The position numbers and the translations under genes were made by a program. A model generated the notes under the pieces. The model did no database searches and had not been told where the DNA came from. It worked only from the letters and a program-made list of their open reading frames with translations. This document shows positions 1-11,694 of a DNA stretch of 64,000 nt, piece after piece. Origin of the DNA: Octopus sinensis (lineage: Eukaryota); the NCBI RefSeq assembly GCF_006345805.1, contig NC_043024.1, positions 1,984,001 through 2,048,000 of the forward strand. Reading direction: 5' to 3'. Position 1 is the first letter of the stretch. Every line of letters starts with the position of its first letter.

Positions 1-126
1 ATTGTCCAATGTCTTGTTTTGAAGACAGTGAGGGAGGGGGCTGAGAGAGATTTGACTGCTGTTTCTAACAGGTCGAACAACCACCTAGAAAATAGTATAC
101 ATGCGACGAAAAATATTAGTTTGTCT

Positions 127-497
127 CTCTTTTACTTGTTTCAGTCATTTGACTGCGGCCATGGTGGAGCACTGCCTTTAGTCGAGCAAATCGATCCCGG
201 GACTTATTCTATCGGTCTCTTTTTGCCGAACCGCTAAGTGACGGTGACATAAACACACCAGCATTGGTTGTCAAGCAATGCTAGGGGGACAAACGCAGAC
301 ACACAAACATACACACGCATATATATATATATATATACGACGGGCTTCTTTCAGTTTCCGTCTACCAAATCCACTCACAAGGCTTTGGTCGGCCCGAGGC
401 TATAGCAGAAGACATTTGCCCAAGGTGCCACGCAGTGGGACTGAACCCGGAACCATGTGGTTGGTTAGCAAGCTACTTACCACACAACCACTCCTGT
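127..497 (-). mobile_element. tRNA-derived SINE family A
   Basis: Reverse complement of head GGAGTGGCTGTGTGGTAAG (A-box-like)...GGTTCAGTCCC (B-box-like); internal (TA)/(TG) tract; about 400 bp; many copies in the window. Confidence 0.85.
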
Positions 498-907
498 GAC
501 GAAAAAATATTAGTTTGTCTATATATGTATAAGATGTAACCCACTAAATCTTCATATGGTCAGGACATCTGTGACTAAACTGGCAACTCCACCAAGCCTG
601 CATTGGTAAGGGGGGTGGATTTTGTTGGACACCCTGCAGGACAGAGGACAAATCCTGTCCAAAGACGAATGAACTCAGTAGAATCAACGGCCATCCAGGA
701 GCTGAAAGAAAGTGGGAGGCCTCTGGTCTTTGTTTCGGCATCTGTCTATGAGAAAGAAATTCTGAAATCATACCCGTCTCATTCTGAAGATGGAGATCTT
801 ACTCTTGTTTATTTCGGGACTACTTGGTTTTGGAAATACCAGTCTCGTAGAAACTGTTATTGACTTTAAATCCCAGCACAAGCATTGCTGATAGCCGGTC
901 TTTCATA

Positions 908-1394
908 TCTTTATATATAAAAGAGAAGTTGTGTGAGTGTCTGTCTCCTGCGATTTAGATTCCTAACTACTCCCACATTTTGCGGTGCAGTTTAACCAAA
1001 AGCGGGTATCTTATAGTCGTGATTCATATCGAGCCCTTCTGGGTATTAGCTCGCGTCTATGATGAGTCTATGATTTAAAAAAAAATTTACCATCATTTTT
1101 TCCATTTTAATGCAATTTTTCGCTATTAAATAAGGGAAGTAACTCTATAAAAATGTCTAAGATGAGTCAACGATTTAAAAAAAATTTACCATAATTTTTT
1201 TCCATTTTAATGCATTTTTTCGCTATTATATAAGGGAAGTAACTCTCTAAAAATGTCTACAATGAGTCTACGATTTAAAAAAAAATTTACCATCATTTTT
1301 TTTCCATTTTAATGCATTTTTAGGCTATAACTCTAAAAATGCTTATATAGTTATTTCCCTTACAAACCCGAGCAACGCCGGGCGATACTGTTAG
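908..1394 (+). mobile_element. Non-autonomous Helitron-like element with internal tandem repeats of about 118 bp
   Basis: 5' A|TCTTTATATATAAAA start; subterminal hairpin CCCG-AGCAACGC-CGGG; end TTAG|T (CTAG variant); related ends at 25932-26060 and 55920-56382. Confidence 0.6.
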
Positions 1395-1829
1395 TCTAGA
1401 ATAAGATAACGTGACTATGATGGTCTACGAGTTGACAACCACCATATAAAAGTGTTATTAATTGGTTTGTGTGCGAGAGAGAGACGTACCCAAGAATTCA
1501 ATGTCTTAAATCTTTGTGCCTCACCTTTTGTTTTTGGTATATTTCTCTTGTGACAGCTAAAGTCAACAGGATTTAGACTGTGTGCCCAGTGTGTGTTGAT
1601 ATAAATAGAATACTTTTATCCTCAATATTGTCAGTGAAGACTAACAGGCCTTCTGAAGCTTAGAGAATCAGCAATCATTTCAGTTCTTTGTCATCTTACG
1701 TGAGGCTCCACATCACAAGGTAGCTTCCTGGGTCTCCCTCTTCCACAAGTTCCATCGACATTAAGTGATCTGATAAGCATTATTTTTTGCAGCTGTCTCA
1801 TACATATGTCTCCCCAGACACAACAGAAT

Positions 1830-2337
1830 ATGCTTCAACACACCTTAATCAAAGAGTTTACTTTTGACTCATCCTTGAAGAATTCACTTCCTACTGAACT
1901 TTTCCTGGGAAGATGAAAAGTCAGTTTTCTTTAATCACATCCAATGAAAACGACAATGGTTGGCACCCGATGGAAAGGGAAAAATCCGTCCCCAAACCAA
2001 GACTGAACCCCCATGCTTTGTATTTGGTGGGATATGAAAGGTGTCATCTATTACAAAGTGTTAAAGCTAAACAAAACAGTTAATGCAGAGAAGTATTGCC
2101 AATAATTGGAAGCATTGCGCAACAATTTGCAGAAAAAGCACCCATTATTGGTCAGTTATGAAGGGACATTGCTCTTTTATGATAATGCATAAGCAAATAT
2201 TACCCAAGGCACTCACAAAAAGATAAGACTAAATAGAGAAATTTTGCTTCATCTTTCCATTCGCCCCTGACATTTCTTTATCTGAATATCATCTTTTCAG
2301 ATTATTGCAACTTTATTTAGAGGGAAAAACAGTTTAT
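1830..2337 (+). pseudogene. Degenerate mariner (DD34D) transposase fragment
   Basis: DEKSVFFN...IWWDMKGVIYYKVL...TVNAEKYCQ*...LLFYDNA...PDISLSEYHLF (YSPDLAPSDYHLF-like), with stops and frameshifts. Confidence 0.8.
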
Positions 2338-2846
2338 TACCATAAATCCTCGAGTATAATACATAGGGGATTTTTAGGGGGCTGTACTTCTGAAAAGCTT
2401 AAACCTTGTGTATAATACGCACCCCTTCTCTAACTTGAGTTGTGCGTAATTAAACCACCAGCACCTAGTCGAACAAACACTTCCACGCATGCGTAATACA
2501 ATAATGGTGATGTTCTTAACTGTTATATGGGAATGTAAATATGTTTGCAAATTGTTTTTGTTACATGTTATTCAGTGTTCTGAATACTTTTATTTTAATA
2601 AATGTTGCTTACTGCAAGTTATGGGTGATTCTTTTATGACTTCATCGCTTTCAGGCTTAGCTTAAGGTATTTTCGTGCCCAACATCACAAAATCCGTCTG
2701 AATAGACATTGCCGGACAGCAAATAGAGACTCGGACATTGCTTAGAAAATAATTTTCATTTTTAACCTCGTAAATAGTACGCACTAGGGATTTTGACCTT
2801 TAAATTTTGGGGAAAAAATGCGGATTATACTCGAGGATTTACGGTA
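2338..2846. mobile_element. Tc1/mariner-pogo-type MITE interrupting the mariner relic
   Basis: 23-bp TIR TACC(A/G)TAAATCCTCGAGTATAAT at both ends (1 mismatch), TA at the termini. Confidence 0.8.
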
Positions 2847-3116
2847 ATTGAGCAGAAGTTAAAAGCAATTGTGGTTTTATCTGCAATAAGTGAGGATGAG
2901 GGTCTTTTTTTCTTTTTCTGTATCAAACTTTCTTTGCATTTTTCTTTTCTCATTTTCTTACAGTCCAGTATCCTGGTTTTTAAAATACATATAACGCATA
3001 AACAGAACCTGAAAGATTTCTTGAGATACATGGAGCGTTTTATAAATCAGCCTAATTCATGTACCATAAAACCATAAAACTATTAGCATCTCTTACATAA
3101 ATTGTGTATTAAATTA

Positions 3117-3507
3117 AAGTGGCTGTGTGGTAAGTAGCTTGCTAACCAACCACATGGTTCCGGGTTCAGTCCCACTGCGTGGCACCTTGGGCAAGTGTCT
3201 TCTGCTATAGCCCCGGGCCGACCAATGCCTTGTGAGTGGATTTGGTAGACGGAAACTGAAAGAAGCCTGTCGTATATATGTATGTATGTGTGTGTGTGTG
3301 TGTGTTTGCATGTCTGTGTTTGTCCCCCTAGCATTGCTTGACAACCGATGCTGGTGTGTTTACGTCCCCGTCACTTAGCGGTTCGGCAAAAGAGACCGAT
3401 AGAATAAGTACTGGGCTCACAAAGAATAAGTCCCGGGGTCGATTTGCTGACTAAAGGCGGTGCTCCAGCATGGCCACAGTCAAATGACTGAAACAAGTAA
3501 AAGAGAG
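3117..3507 (+). mobile_element. tRNA-derived SINE family A
   Basis: Same consensus as 39173-39580. Confidence 0.85.
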
Positions 3508-3544
3508 TTATCCCTCACTGGATGGAGTATTTTTTTTTAGTTGG

Positions 3545-4272
3545 ACTTTAAAAGCATCAGATGTGGTGTGCAAGAGAGATGACTGCATTGGTATAGTCAC
3601 GTGTTGCATATGGATGAGGACAGGTGTGCGAAGAAGTGTTACAGCTTAGCAGTAGAGGGAACCTGTGGAACAGGTAGACCCAGGAAGACCTATGAAGAGG
3701 TGATGAAGCATGACCTTCGAACGTTGGGCCTTAAGGAGGCAATGACTAGTGACTGAGACCTTTGGAGATATGCTGTGCTTGAGAAGACCCCGGGAAGCCA
3801 AGGGAGACCGTAAGCGTGGCCTTTGTCAGTGCAGCATAACCAGCCAATTTAAGAATACTCTTCAGTCATTGGGCAATAAACTGCGCTTGCTAAGACCTGT
3901 AGAATGAAGTGAAGTCATTGTTGTGGCCGATGCCAGTGCTGCCTGATTGGCACCTGTGCCAGTGGCACGTAAAAAGCACCATCAAGCATGGTCAATGCTA
4001 GTGCTGACTGACTGGTCCTGTGCTGGTGACACGTAAAAAGCACCATTCGAGTGTGGTGGTTGCCAGTGTTGCCTGATTGGCTCCTGTGCTGGTGGCACAT
4101 AAGAAGCACCCACTACACTAAGCAGTTGGCATTAGGAAGGGCATCCAGCTGTAGAAACTCTGCCAGATTAGATTGGAGCCTAGTGCAGCCTTCTGGCTTG
4201 CCAACCCTCAGTCAAACAGTCCAACCCATGCCAACATGGAAAGCAGACGTTAAACGACGATGAAGATGATGT
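3545..4272 (+). mobile_element. 5'-truncated RTE-clade LINE (ORF end + 3'UTR + GAT tail)
   Basis: LHWYSHVLHMDEDR...GTCGTGRPRKT-like RTE C-terminus; 3'UTR with about 3 copies of a unit of about 63 bp; tail cgacgatgaagatgat. Confidence 0.8.
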
Positions 4273-4642
4273 TTTGAATTAATCCTGAATTATCTCATAA
4301 CTTGAAGATTTTGATGATGAGACTGTTTATCTTTTGAATGACATAGTAGGCTAAGTGTGAGAAGCCAAATCCGGCTGGTTTGAACATAAAACAGGTAGAA
4401 CATTCAGGCATTTATTTTTAGAATGACATTGTAGGGTAGGTGTGATAGGCTAGATCTAGCTGGTTTGAACGCAAAACATTGAGCCTGTTATGACCAGTTT
4501 AAATGCTAAATGGTTCAAGAGGCAAGAAGTAAAAGATTCAAGGCAAGCTGTGCCTGGAATGAATTTAGTATTTCTTGCATCCTTGCTTGTCCCTTAAAAT
4601 GTTTTTGTTAAAGCACTTCACCCTTATTGGGCTGACCTGTGA

Positions 4643-5245
4643 TTATTTGGCGTGATAAGCGACTGGCACCTTTTTATATACCATGGGGAACTTGCTTCGT
4701 CTTTGTTCCACAAATTTGTAAACGTTCATTATCTGAACTGGCAAACGAGGAACATTACACATGTCCGCAAGCTCATCGTTATATTCCCACTGTCGCGAAC
4801 CCATCAAATGCGCATGGTGTTTGGCCAGACCAGATTTCAATCTTTCCTCAAAATCTTCATTGGCGTCTCGTATCATCTCGCTAGTGCTTGGCAAACTCAC
4901 CTGGCCCTGAAGAACAGCTTTGCAAAAAGCAGCTTGCATGTCAAGCATGGGGAAAGGGGCCACTTGTGAGCAAATGCCGAGAAAGAAAAAATTATGAAAG
5001 TCAGCGTGCACCAGATGTTTATAGAGGGGGGTCACTCGGTTGTGTAAGGTTTTCAGATTGCATTTGTCGTGCAAGAACGGGAAGCTGAATTTGTAACCAG
5101 TGCAAAGCACCACCGCATCTACTTGCTCTGTTTCACCATTTTCGAAAACCACATAATTAGAAATAAATTCTTGAATCTCTGGTTTCTGAATCATATTTTT
5201 CGGTAGCTCACTGGTTAAAGGGTCACCTCGATGACTCAAAAACAC
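4643..5245 (-). CDS. Flavin-containing monooxygenase (FMO GS-OX-like), coding exon 5 (last)
   Basis: Acceptor ccag|GTG at 5246/5245; VFLSHRG...DAVVLCTGYKFSFPFL (FATGY-type motif)...PFPMLDMQA...YHAK*; phase 0 matches exon 4. Confidence 0.93.
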   Translation of the reverse strand: MFLSHRGDPLTSELPKNMIQKPEIQEFISNYVVFENGETEQVDAVVLCTGYKFSFPFLHDKCNLKTLHNRVTPLYKHLVHADFHNFFFLGICSQVAPFPMLDMQAAFCKAVLQGQVSLPSTSEMIRDANEDFEERLKSGLAKHHAHLMGSRQWEYNDELADMCNVPRLPVQIMNVYKFVEQRRSKFPMVYKKVPVAYHAK

Positions 5246-5282
5246 CTGGAATATATAATAATAATAATAATAATTATTATTA

Positions 5283-5790
5283 TTTCTTTACTACCCACAA
5301 GGGGCTAAACACAGAGAGGACAAACAAGGACAGACAGACGGATTAAGTCGATAATATCGACTCCAGTGCGTAACTGGTACTTTATTTATCGACCCCGAAA
5401 GGATGAAAGGCAAAGTCGACCTCGGCGGAATTTGAACTCAGAATGTTGCGGCAGACGAAATACCACTAAGCATTTCGCCCGGCGTGTTAACGGTTCTGCC
5501 AGCTCACCGCCTATAATAATAATAATAATTGTAACAATAACAACAACAATAATAGTAACAACAACAATAATAATAATCCTTTCTATTATAGGCAGAATGC
5601 CTGAAATTCGCAAGGGGTAGGTAAGTCGATTATATCGACTCCAGTGCGTAACTGGTACTTATTGAATCGACCCCAAAAGGATGAAAGGCAAAGTTGACCC
5701 TGGTGGAATTTGAACTTGGATTGTAGAGACATGAAATGCTGCTAAGCATTTTGTGCGACAGGCTGACAATTCTGGCAGCACCCTGCCTTC
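5283..5790 (-). mobile_element. SINE family B (Nin-like core) copies
   Basis: Reverse of GGCGGCGAGCTGGCAGAA...GAGTTCAAATTCC...GAGGTCGACTTTGCCTTTCATCCTTTCGGGGTCGATAAA..AAGTACC. Confidence 0.75.
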
Positions 5791-5814
5791 ATAATAATAA
5801 TGATGATGATGATA

Positions 5815-6041
5815 GCAGGTAAAATGTATCCCAGTAGTTATGGGTGCATTGGAAACTATCCCTAAAGATCCGAACAGATGGATAGAGGAAATAGGCGTAA
5901 AACCCAGTTTAGTAGAGATACAGAAAATAGTGTTATTAGGGGACAGCTAGGATATTTAAGAGGGTTCTTGGCATCTAAGGTTACTTGTTGTAGCCCGATG
6001 TTAGGATTCTTTTCTTTTCCAACAGTCTAACCAGTTGAGTG

Positions 6042-6080
<39 letters not shown>
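5815..6080 (+). mobile_element. R4/Dong-like (RLE) LINE 3' fragment ending in (TAA)n
   Basis: VKCIPVVMGALETIPK...IQKIVLLG.TARI, the typical C-terminus of R4-clade ORFs. Confidence 0.6.
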
Positions 6081-6082
<2 letters not shown>

Positions 6083-6414
6083 TGCAGTACCAGGCAGTGG
6101 CTCTCATGGCTTCTGATCTTAACTGATTGGAAGTGTTATCATGTACATTGTTCTGTCTTGGTATAAAAGATGGGCTACAGCAAATATTCTGCTCAATACC
6201 ACAGATTTGCTTGTCAGTTGTTTGACCTTAACCAGTTGAGCATGTCCCTTGGTGGCTGATGATATGTGCATCTCTGTTATATATATATATATATACAAAC
6301 ACACACATATATAAATACATATACACACACAAATATATACATGTGATCTCTTGAGCACCACCAGCAAAAATATTTTTTCCTCTGTCTTCCCTCTTGGGAT
6401 CTTTCCTTCTCCTT

Positions 6415-6449
6415 GTTTCCGACGAAGAGCTCCGCTCGAAACGTTAAAC
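6415..6449 (+). ncRNA. Minimal type-I hammerhead-like motif (Penelope-type), core variant
   Basis: GTTT-CCGACGA-A-GAGC-TCC-GCTC-GAAAC-GTT-AAAC. Confidence 0.55.
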
Positions 6450-7167
6450 CCTCCTTCCCTTCTTTCCTGAGCGTCAAATAATATTTAATGTTCCACGTCC
6501 TCGCGTTGCTGTTGTTTTTTTCTCTTTTTTTCTGTGTTCTTGTTTGGATTAATTATTATATATATTATATATATATACACACATATATATAAGAAATTAA
6601 AAAGAAAATACTCACACTTACATAGTTTTAATGTAATTTTAATATACCGACGCTTTCGCTATCCATATTATGTTTTACTTATTTGAATATGTATTTTTTC
6701 TTAAGAAAAAATTTTGTCCATGTTGTGTGAGATGATATTCACGAGTGAATGACTCCACAGGTAGATAAATAAGGGGAGGTAATTGGCTTGTTTAGGCATG
6801 GTTTTTACGGCTGGATGCCTTCCTGACATCAATGACTGAGTGCCTTTTATGTGGCACCAGCACAGGTGAGGTCAGTTTTGGCATGGTTTTTACAGCTGGA
6901 TGCCCTTCCAAATGCCAACCACTTCACGGTGTGGACTGGATGCTTTTTATGTGAAACCATGAAACTAAAAAGAAGAAACCGGGACTTAGGTCTATTATGG
7001 ACCCTAAGACATGCAGGGTCAGAAATTAATCCAGTTTCTATGCAGTATAAATTACTGAGATTTCAACATTCCCCCACCAGGATGGGATGCCAGTCCATCG
7101 AAAAGTTAACTTCCCAGCTATTGCTGGAACGCATTTGTGACTGAGTGAACTGGTAGTAACATGAAAT

Positions 7168-8535
7168 AATAATAATAATAATGAAATTATTGTATACAGT
7201 GCTCAGGTGCACCACAACTTGTCACAAAGTGCGTATAAAGCATATGCAGTAATGTACAAATGTCTGGAAAGCGAACAATGCATGAGTCAGATACATGCTT
7301 GTGTGTGTATGGAGGGGAGAAAATCAGGTGTAGTGTTGGCAAATCTCAGAAAGCATGGAAGTCTTGAAGGATGCAGTGCTCCGACAACTAACAACTGATG
7401 CCGGCAGTTTGTTCCATGCTTCAGCGTGTGTATGGAGGGGAGAAAATCAGGTGTAGTGTTGGCTAATCTCAGGAAGCATGAAGTTTTGAAGGATGCAGTG
7501 CTCCGACAACTAACAACTGATGCCGGCAGTTGTTCCATGCTTCAGCGTGTGTATGGAGGGGAGAAAATCAGGTGTGTGTGTAGGCTAATCTCAGGAAGCA
7601 TGGAAGTTTTGAAGGATGCAGTGCTCTGAAAACCAAACTGATGCCGGCAGTTTGTTCCATGCTTCAGCGTGTGTATGGAGGGGAGAAGATCAGGTGTAGT
7701 GTTGGCGAATCTCAGGAAGCATGGAAGTTTTGAAGGATGCAGTGCTCCGACAACTAACAACTGATGCCGGCAGTTGTTCCATGCTTCAGCGTGTGTATGG
7801 AGGGGAGAAAATCAGGTGTAGTGTTGGCGAATCTCAGGAAGCATGGAAGTCTTGAAGGATGCAGTGCTCTGGCAACTAACAACTGATGCCGGCAGTTTGT
7901 TCCATGCTTCAGCGTGTGTATGGAGGGGAGAAAATCAGGTGTAGTGTTGGCGAATCTCAGGAAGCATGGAAGTTTTGAAGGATGCAGTGCTCTGGCAACT
8001 AACAACTGATGCCGGCAGTGTTCCATGCTTCAGCGTGTGTATGGAGGGGAGAAAATCAGGTGGTGTTGTTGAATCTCAGGAAGCATGGAAGTTTTGAAGG
8101 ATGCAGTGCTCCGACAACTAACAACTGATGCCGGCAGTTTGTTCCATGCTTCAGCAACTCCCAGCGTGAAAAAATGTTTCCTGAAGTCATGGAAGGAGCT
8201 GTGCTGTTTTCTGACTTTGTAAATATGTCCACGGGTGTTAGATGGGTGGAGTTTGAAAAGGTTGCTCAGAGTTATTGTTTGTGCGATGGTTAATAATTTT
8301 ATGGGTGTCTGCCAAGTCAGCTGCCAGACGTCGGAGTTTCAATGTGTCCATGCCCAGGGAAGTAAGGCGTTCAGGATATGGCAAATGCCTGATGGAGGGT
8401 ATTCTTTTGGTTGCACGTCGCTGAACGGCTTCCAGACGATTAATATCCTGGGCAAGATAGGGGTTCCAGACCGGTGATGCAAATTCCAGGTGAGGTCTTA
8501 CCATAGCTATATAAAGCTGCAGATAGATAGCCGGA
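7168..8535 (-). mobile_element. 5'-truncated CR1/L2-group LINE with tandemly amplified 3' end
   Basis: LQLYIAMVRPHLEFASPVWNPY...LEAVQRRATK...YPERL...LRRLAADL (CR1-type ORF2 C-terminus); (TTA)n tail. Confidence 0.85.
7303..8155. repeat. Tandem repeat of about 122 bp, 7 copies
   Basis: Units start near 7304, 7426, 7547, 7669, 7791, 7913, 8035. Confidence 0.92.
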
Positions 8536-8888
8536 GTGTCTTGCTCAAGAAAACAATCAACCGACAAGTGTGGAGATTGAACTTATGATCTTATGATTGT
8601 GAGTGAACCACCCTAACCACCAGGTCATGTGTCTTCATTTCATTGTGCTTTGATGATATCTTATTGATCCTATTCTTCTCAAAGACAATTGCCCCAAGAT
8701 CCATGGTTCCAACGAAGTCACTAGGGGCCATTCATGACATTGTGGAGAAGAAAAAAAGGGGCATGATATGAAACAAATGTTGGTTGCTATTTCTAGCAGG
8801 CCTAACGACCACGTAAAGGTTGCCACATACGCTCGAGGCTTCCTTCTTTGATGCCAAAATACCTGAGGAACAAAAGAACCGTATTTAC

Positions 8889-9066
8889 CTTCTTGGCAAC
8901 CGAGGACAATTCAATGCCTATGTCTATCCCAGAACTCTTTGCTCCAACGCACACAATGATCTTTCCGGAGAACTGCTCTGGGCTTCGGTAATCGTGGCTA
9001 TGGAGTATTGTCCCCTGGAACTTCTCTTCACCAATAAATGACGGAGAATACGGCACAGAATAGTGA
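8889..9066 (-). CDS. FMO coding exon 4
   Basis: cag|T-CAC acceptor and AAG|gtaaat donor; (G)HYSVP...FQGTILHSHDYR (FMO fingerprint FxGxxxHxxxY) and NADPH Rossmann region VCVGAKSSGIDI. Confidence 0.93.
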
Positions 9067-9790
9067 CTGAAAGAAAAAAAAGAGAAAAAAAGGAAAATAA
9101 ACATCATCAGAGTATGATGGCAGTCCTTGGGACACATCAGATGCTGTTACACCATCCAACCCATGCCAGCATGGAAAACGAATGATAAATGATGATGATG
9201 ATGATGACAGTAAGTAGCTTGCTTACCAACCACATGGTCCTGGGTTCAGTCCCACTGCATGGCACCTTGGGCATGTGTCTTCTGCTATAGCCTCAGGCCA
9301 ACCAAAGACTTGGTAGACAGAAACTGAAAGAAGCCTGTTGTATATATGCATATACATATCTATCTATCTATCTCTCTCTCTTCGTGGCCGTTGCCAGTCT
9401 CGCCTGGCCCCTGTGCCGGTGGCACGTGAAAAGCACCATCCGTTCATGGCCGTTGCCAGCCTCGCCTGGCCCCTTGGGCAAATGTCTTCTACTAAGGCCT
9501 CGGGCTGACTTAAAGCCTTGTGAGTGGATTTGGGAGACAGAAACTGAAAAGAAGCCCGTTGCATATATATATATGTGTGTGTGTGTGTATGTGAGTGAGA
9601 GAGTTTACATCATCATCATCTTAAACATCCGCTTTTCCATGCTAGCATGGGTCAGACAGAAATTTGTTAAGGTGGATTTCCTAAACAACAACAACAACAG
9701 GTGCCATCCACAGGTCTGCAGCTGTCACCACCACCTCCACCTCCACCCGCACAACCCCACTGATGCCAACAATTTGGTTTGTCCACTCAC

Positions 9791-9948
9791 CCGTTGCACA
9801 CGGCCACTGCATCGAATATTTGTGATACTTCTTTGGCTCCCATCTCTGCAGACTCTTGGTATTTCTTGTAGGTTACTTTCCATTTAACCGGACTGGGAAG
9901 AAAGCTCTTGGCCAAACACGGTTCCACCAGGGTTACCTGAGTCTGGAA
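9791..9948 (-). CDS. FMO coding exon 3 (not in ORF track)
   Basis: gcag|TTC acceptor and GG|gtgagt donor; FQTQVTLVEP...VKWKVTY...IFDAVAVCN(G), the typical FMO FDAVxVCNGHY segment; phases 0/2 fit the neighbouring exons. Confidence 0.92.
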
Positions 9949-9984
9949 CTGCAGCAATAGGTTAAATAATAGAGAAAAACACTA

Positions 9985-10025
<41 letters not shown>

Positions 10026-10284
10026 AATAAAAACTTATTGGAGAAGAGAAATAACACATGCGTTCGGTCATATAATAACAATATAATAAATAAAATATAT
10101 GCATATATACATACATATATGTACATACTCACATCTACATGTATATATACATGCATATATATATATATATGAGTACAGGACACCACAAATAAACGCAGAA
10201 CACAACGAGAAACGAAAACATAAAACCAAACAAGGAAACGGACTTTTTTTAACAAAAATATATACATACATACATGTATGTATG

Positions 10285-10336
<52 letters not shown>

Positions 10337-10371
10337 CATATAACTAAATAATAAATGATGGATAAATGTCA

Positions 10372-10463
10372 CCTCATTACAGCTGTTTCCAAGGGATTTT
10401 TTTAATTAGATTAACGAGTACGTTACATCATAACAAAAAAAAACCCCACTTTCTTCAGAGAAT
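10372..10463 (-). ncRNA. Hammerhead-like motif with intact core and palindromic stem III, in FMO intron 2
   Basis: Minus strand CTGAAGA-aagtggggtttttt...aaaaaaatcccttg-GAAACAGCTGTA; stem I weak. Confidence 0.45.
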
Positions 10464-11391
10464 ACATGACATTTCAAAGGCGCTGTTTTACAAGTTAATT
10501 CAACCCAACACCCGGTTCCTACCATTTAAGTACTTGATTCATCCGAATCCTTAATATTGCATTATTTGAGGAATATCCATTGCTAATCCTTGTATATGTA
10601 TGAATTATCCATGCAATATTCGGAGTATTGCTAGTATTAAGTGAATGCATTTAAGTATAGTATATTAATCCCTCAAAATGAATACTGTGGGAAAAAATGG
10701 AGAAAATAGGGATCGATTCATCACCGGTTATTGCAAGCTAAATTAAATATGGAAAAAGTATATTTACCCAAATCTGGACATACGATAGTTTAACATAATA
10801 ACGACGATACATATATATTTATGAGTTGCATTTGTTTGACAGAAATACAGGGTGACCAGACTAAATTTGATGATTTTTTATGTCCCTTTTTTTAACCCCT
10901 TTGGCACCAGATTAAAATAACTTTTGGAAAATAAACTGAGAAGATGTTTTGATGGAAGGTTTTAATTTCAGTTGCTTTATAACAGGAAGTTTGTATCCCA
11001 GAACCAGGGACAGTCCCTACTACATTGGTACCAAAAGGGTCAAATCGCACTCTACTCCCAACCACAGCTATCTTACTAAATTCTTCGGTATTTTCAAAAT
11101 TAATTGAAAGAAATGCAGTGTTTTTCAACAGAATTATGGCAATTAATAATGACAAAGGTTATTTTACCAAATTCTTCATTAAAACGGTTAATAATGACAA
11201 AGGTTATTTTACCAAATTCTTCATTAAAATGGTTAGTAATTTTACCAAATTCTTTGTTATTTTCAAAACTGATTGAAACGAAAGTAGTGAATTCCAGCTG
11301 AAACATGGAAAATGCTGAGAGTGATGTTCACTGTGCTGTTAACGATGATGATGATGATGATAGTAAGATAGTCGACATTGGTGTTGCTTAC

Positions 11392-11530
11392 TTTGATGTA
11401 TTGGTGGAGTCCAAAATGGTTGGCATAGTCCTCGAGGTAAGCCAGAACTTCGGAGTGGTGCAGAAACGATGGGGAGTTTTCTGGATAAGGGAAGTTTCGG
11501 AATGACATGACATGTTTCGGGAGGTTCGTT
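11392..11530 (-). CDS. FMO coding exon 2
   Basis: ccag|A acceptor and AAA|gtaagc donor; (R)TNLPKHVMSFRNFPY...EVLAYLEDYANHFGLHQYIK. Confidence 0.93.
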
Positions 11531-11651
11531 CTGGATTGGCAACAGACAATTTAAAAGAAGGCATGTAGATTGTAATAGACGTACATATTTAGTAGATACA
11601 CTTATATATATATAGTGTGTGTGTGTGTGTGTGTGTGGTGTGTGTATATAT

Positions 11652-11694
<43 letters not shown>

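Noticed and set aside
278-499. Recurrent MLGGQTQTH.../RGYSRRHLPKVPRSG ORFs
   Set aside because: Translations of SINE family A copies, not a protein family.
535-900. 86-aa ORF, possible solo LTR or long-stem hammerhead (CTGAAGA at 784...GAAAC at 850)
   Set aside because: No recognisable protein motif, no TSD, and stem I is weak; left unclassified.
9962-10372. YIYI/VCVC-rich ORFs here and at 19010, 20883, 21926, 34067
   Set aside because: (TA)n/(TG)n microsatellite translations.
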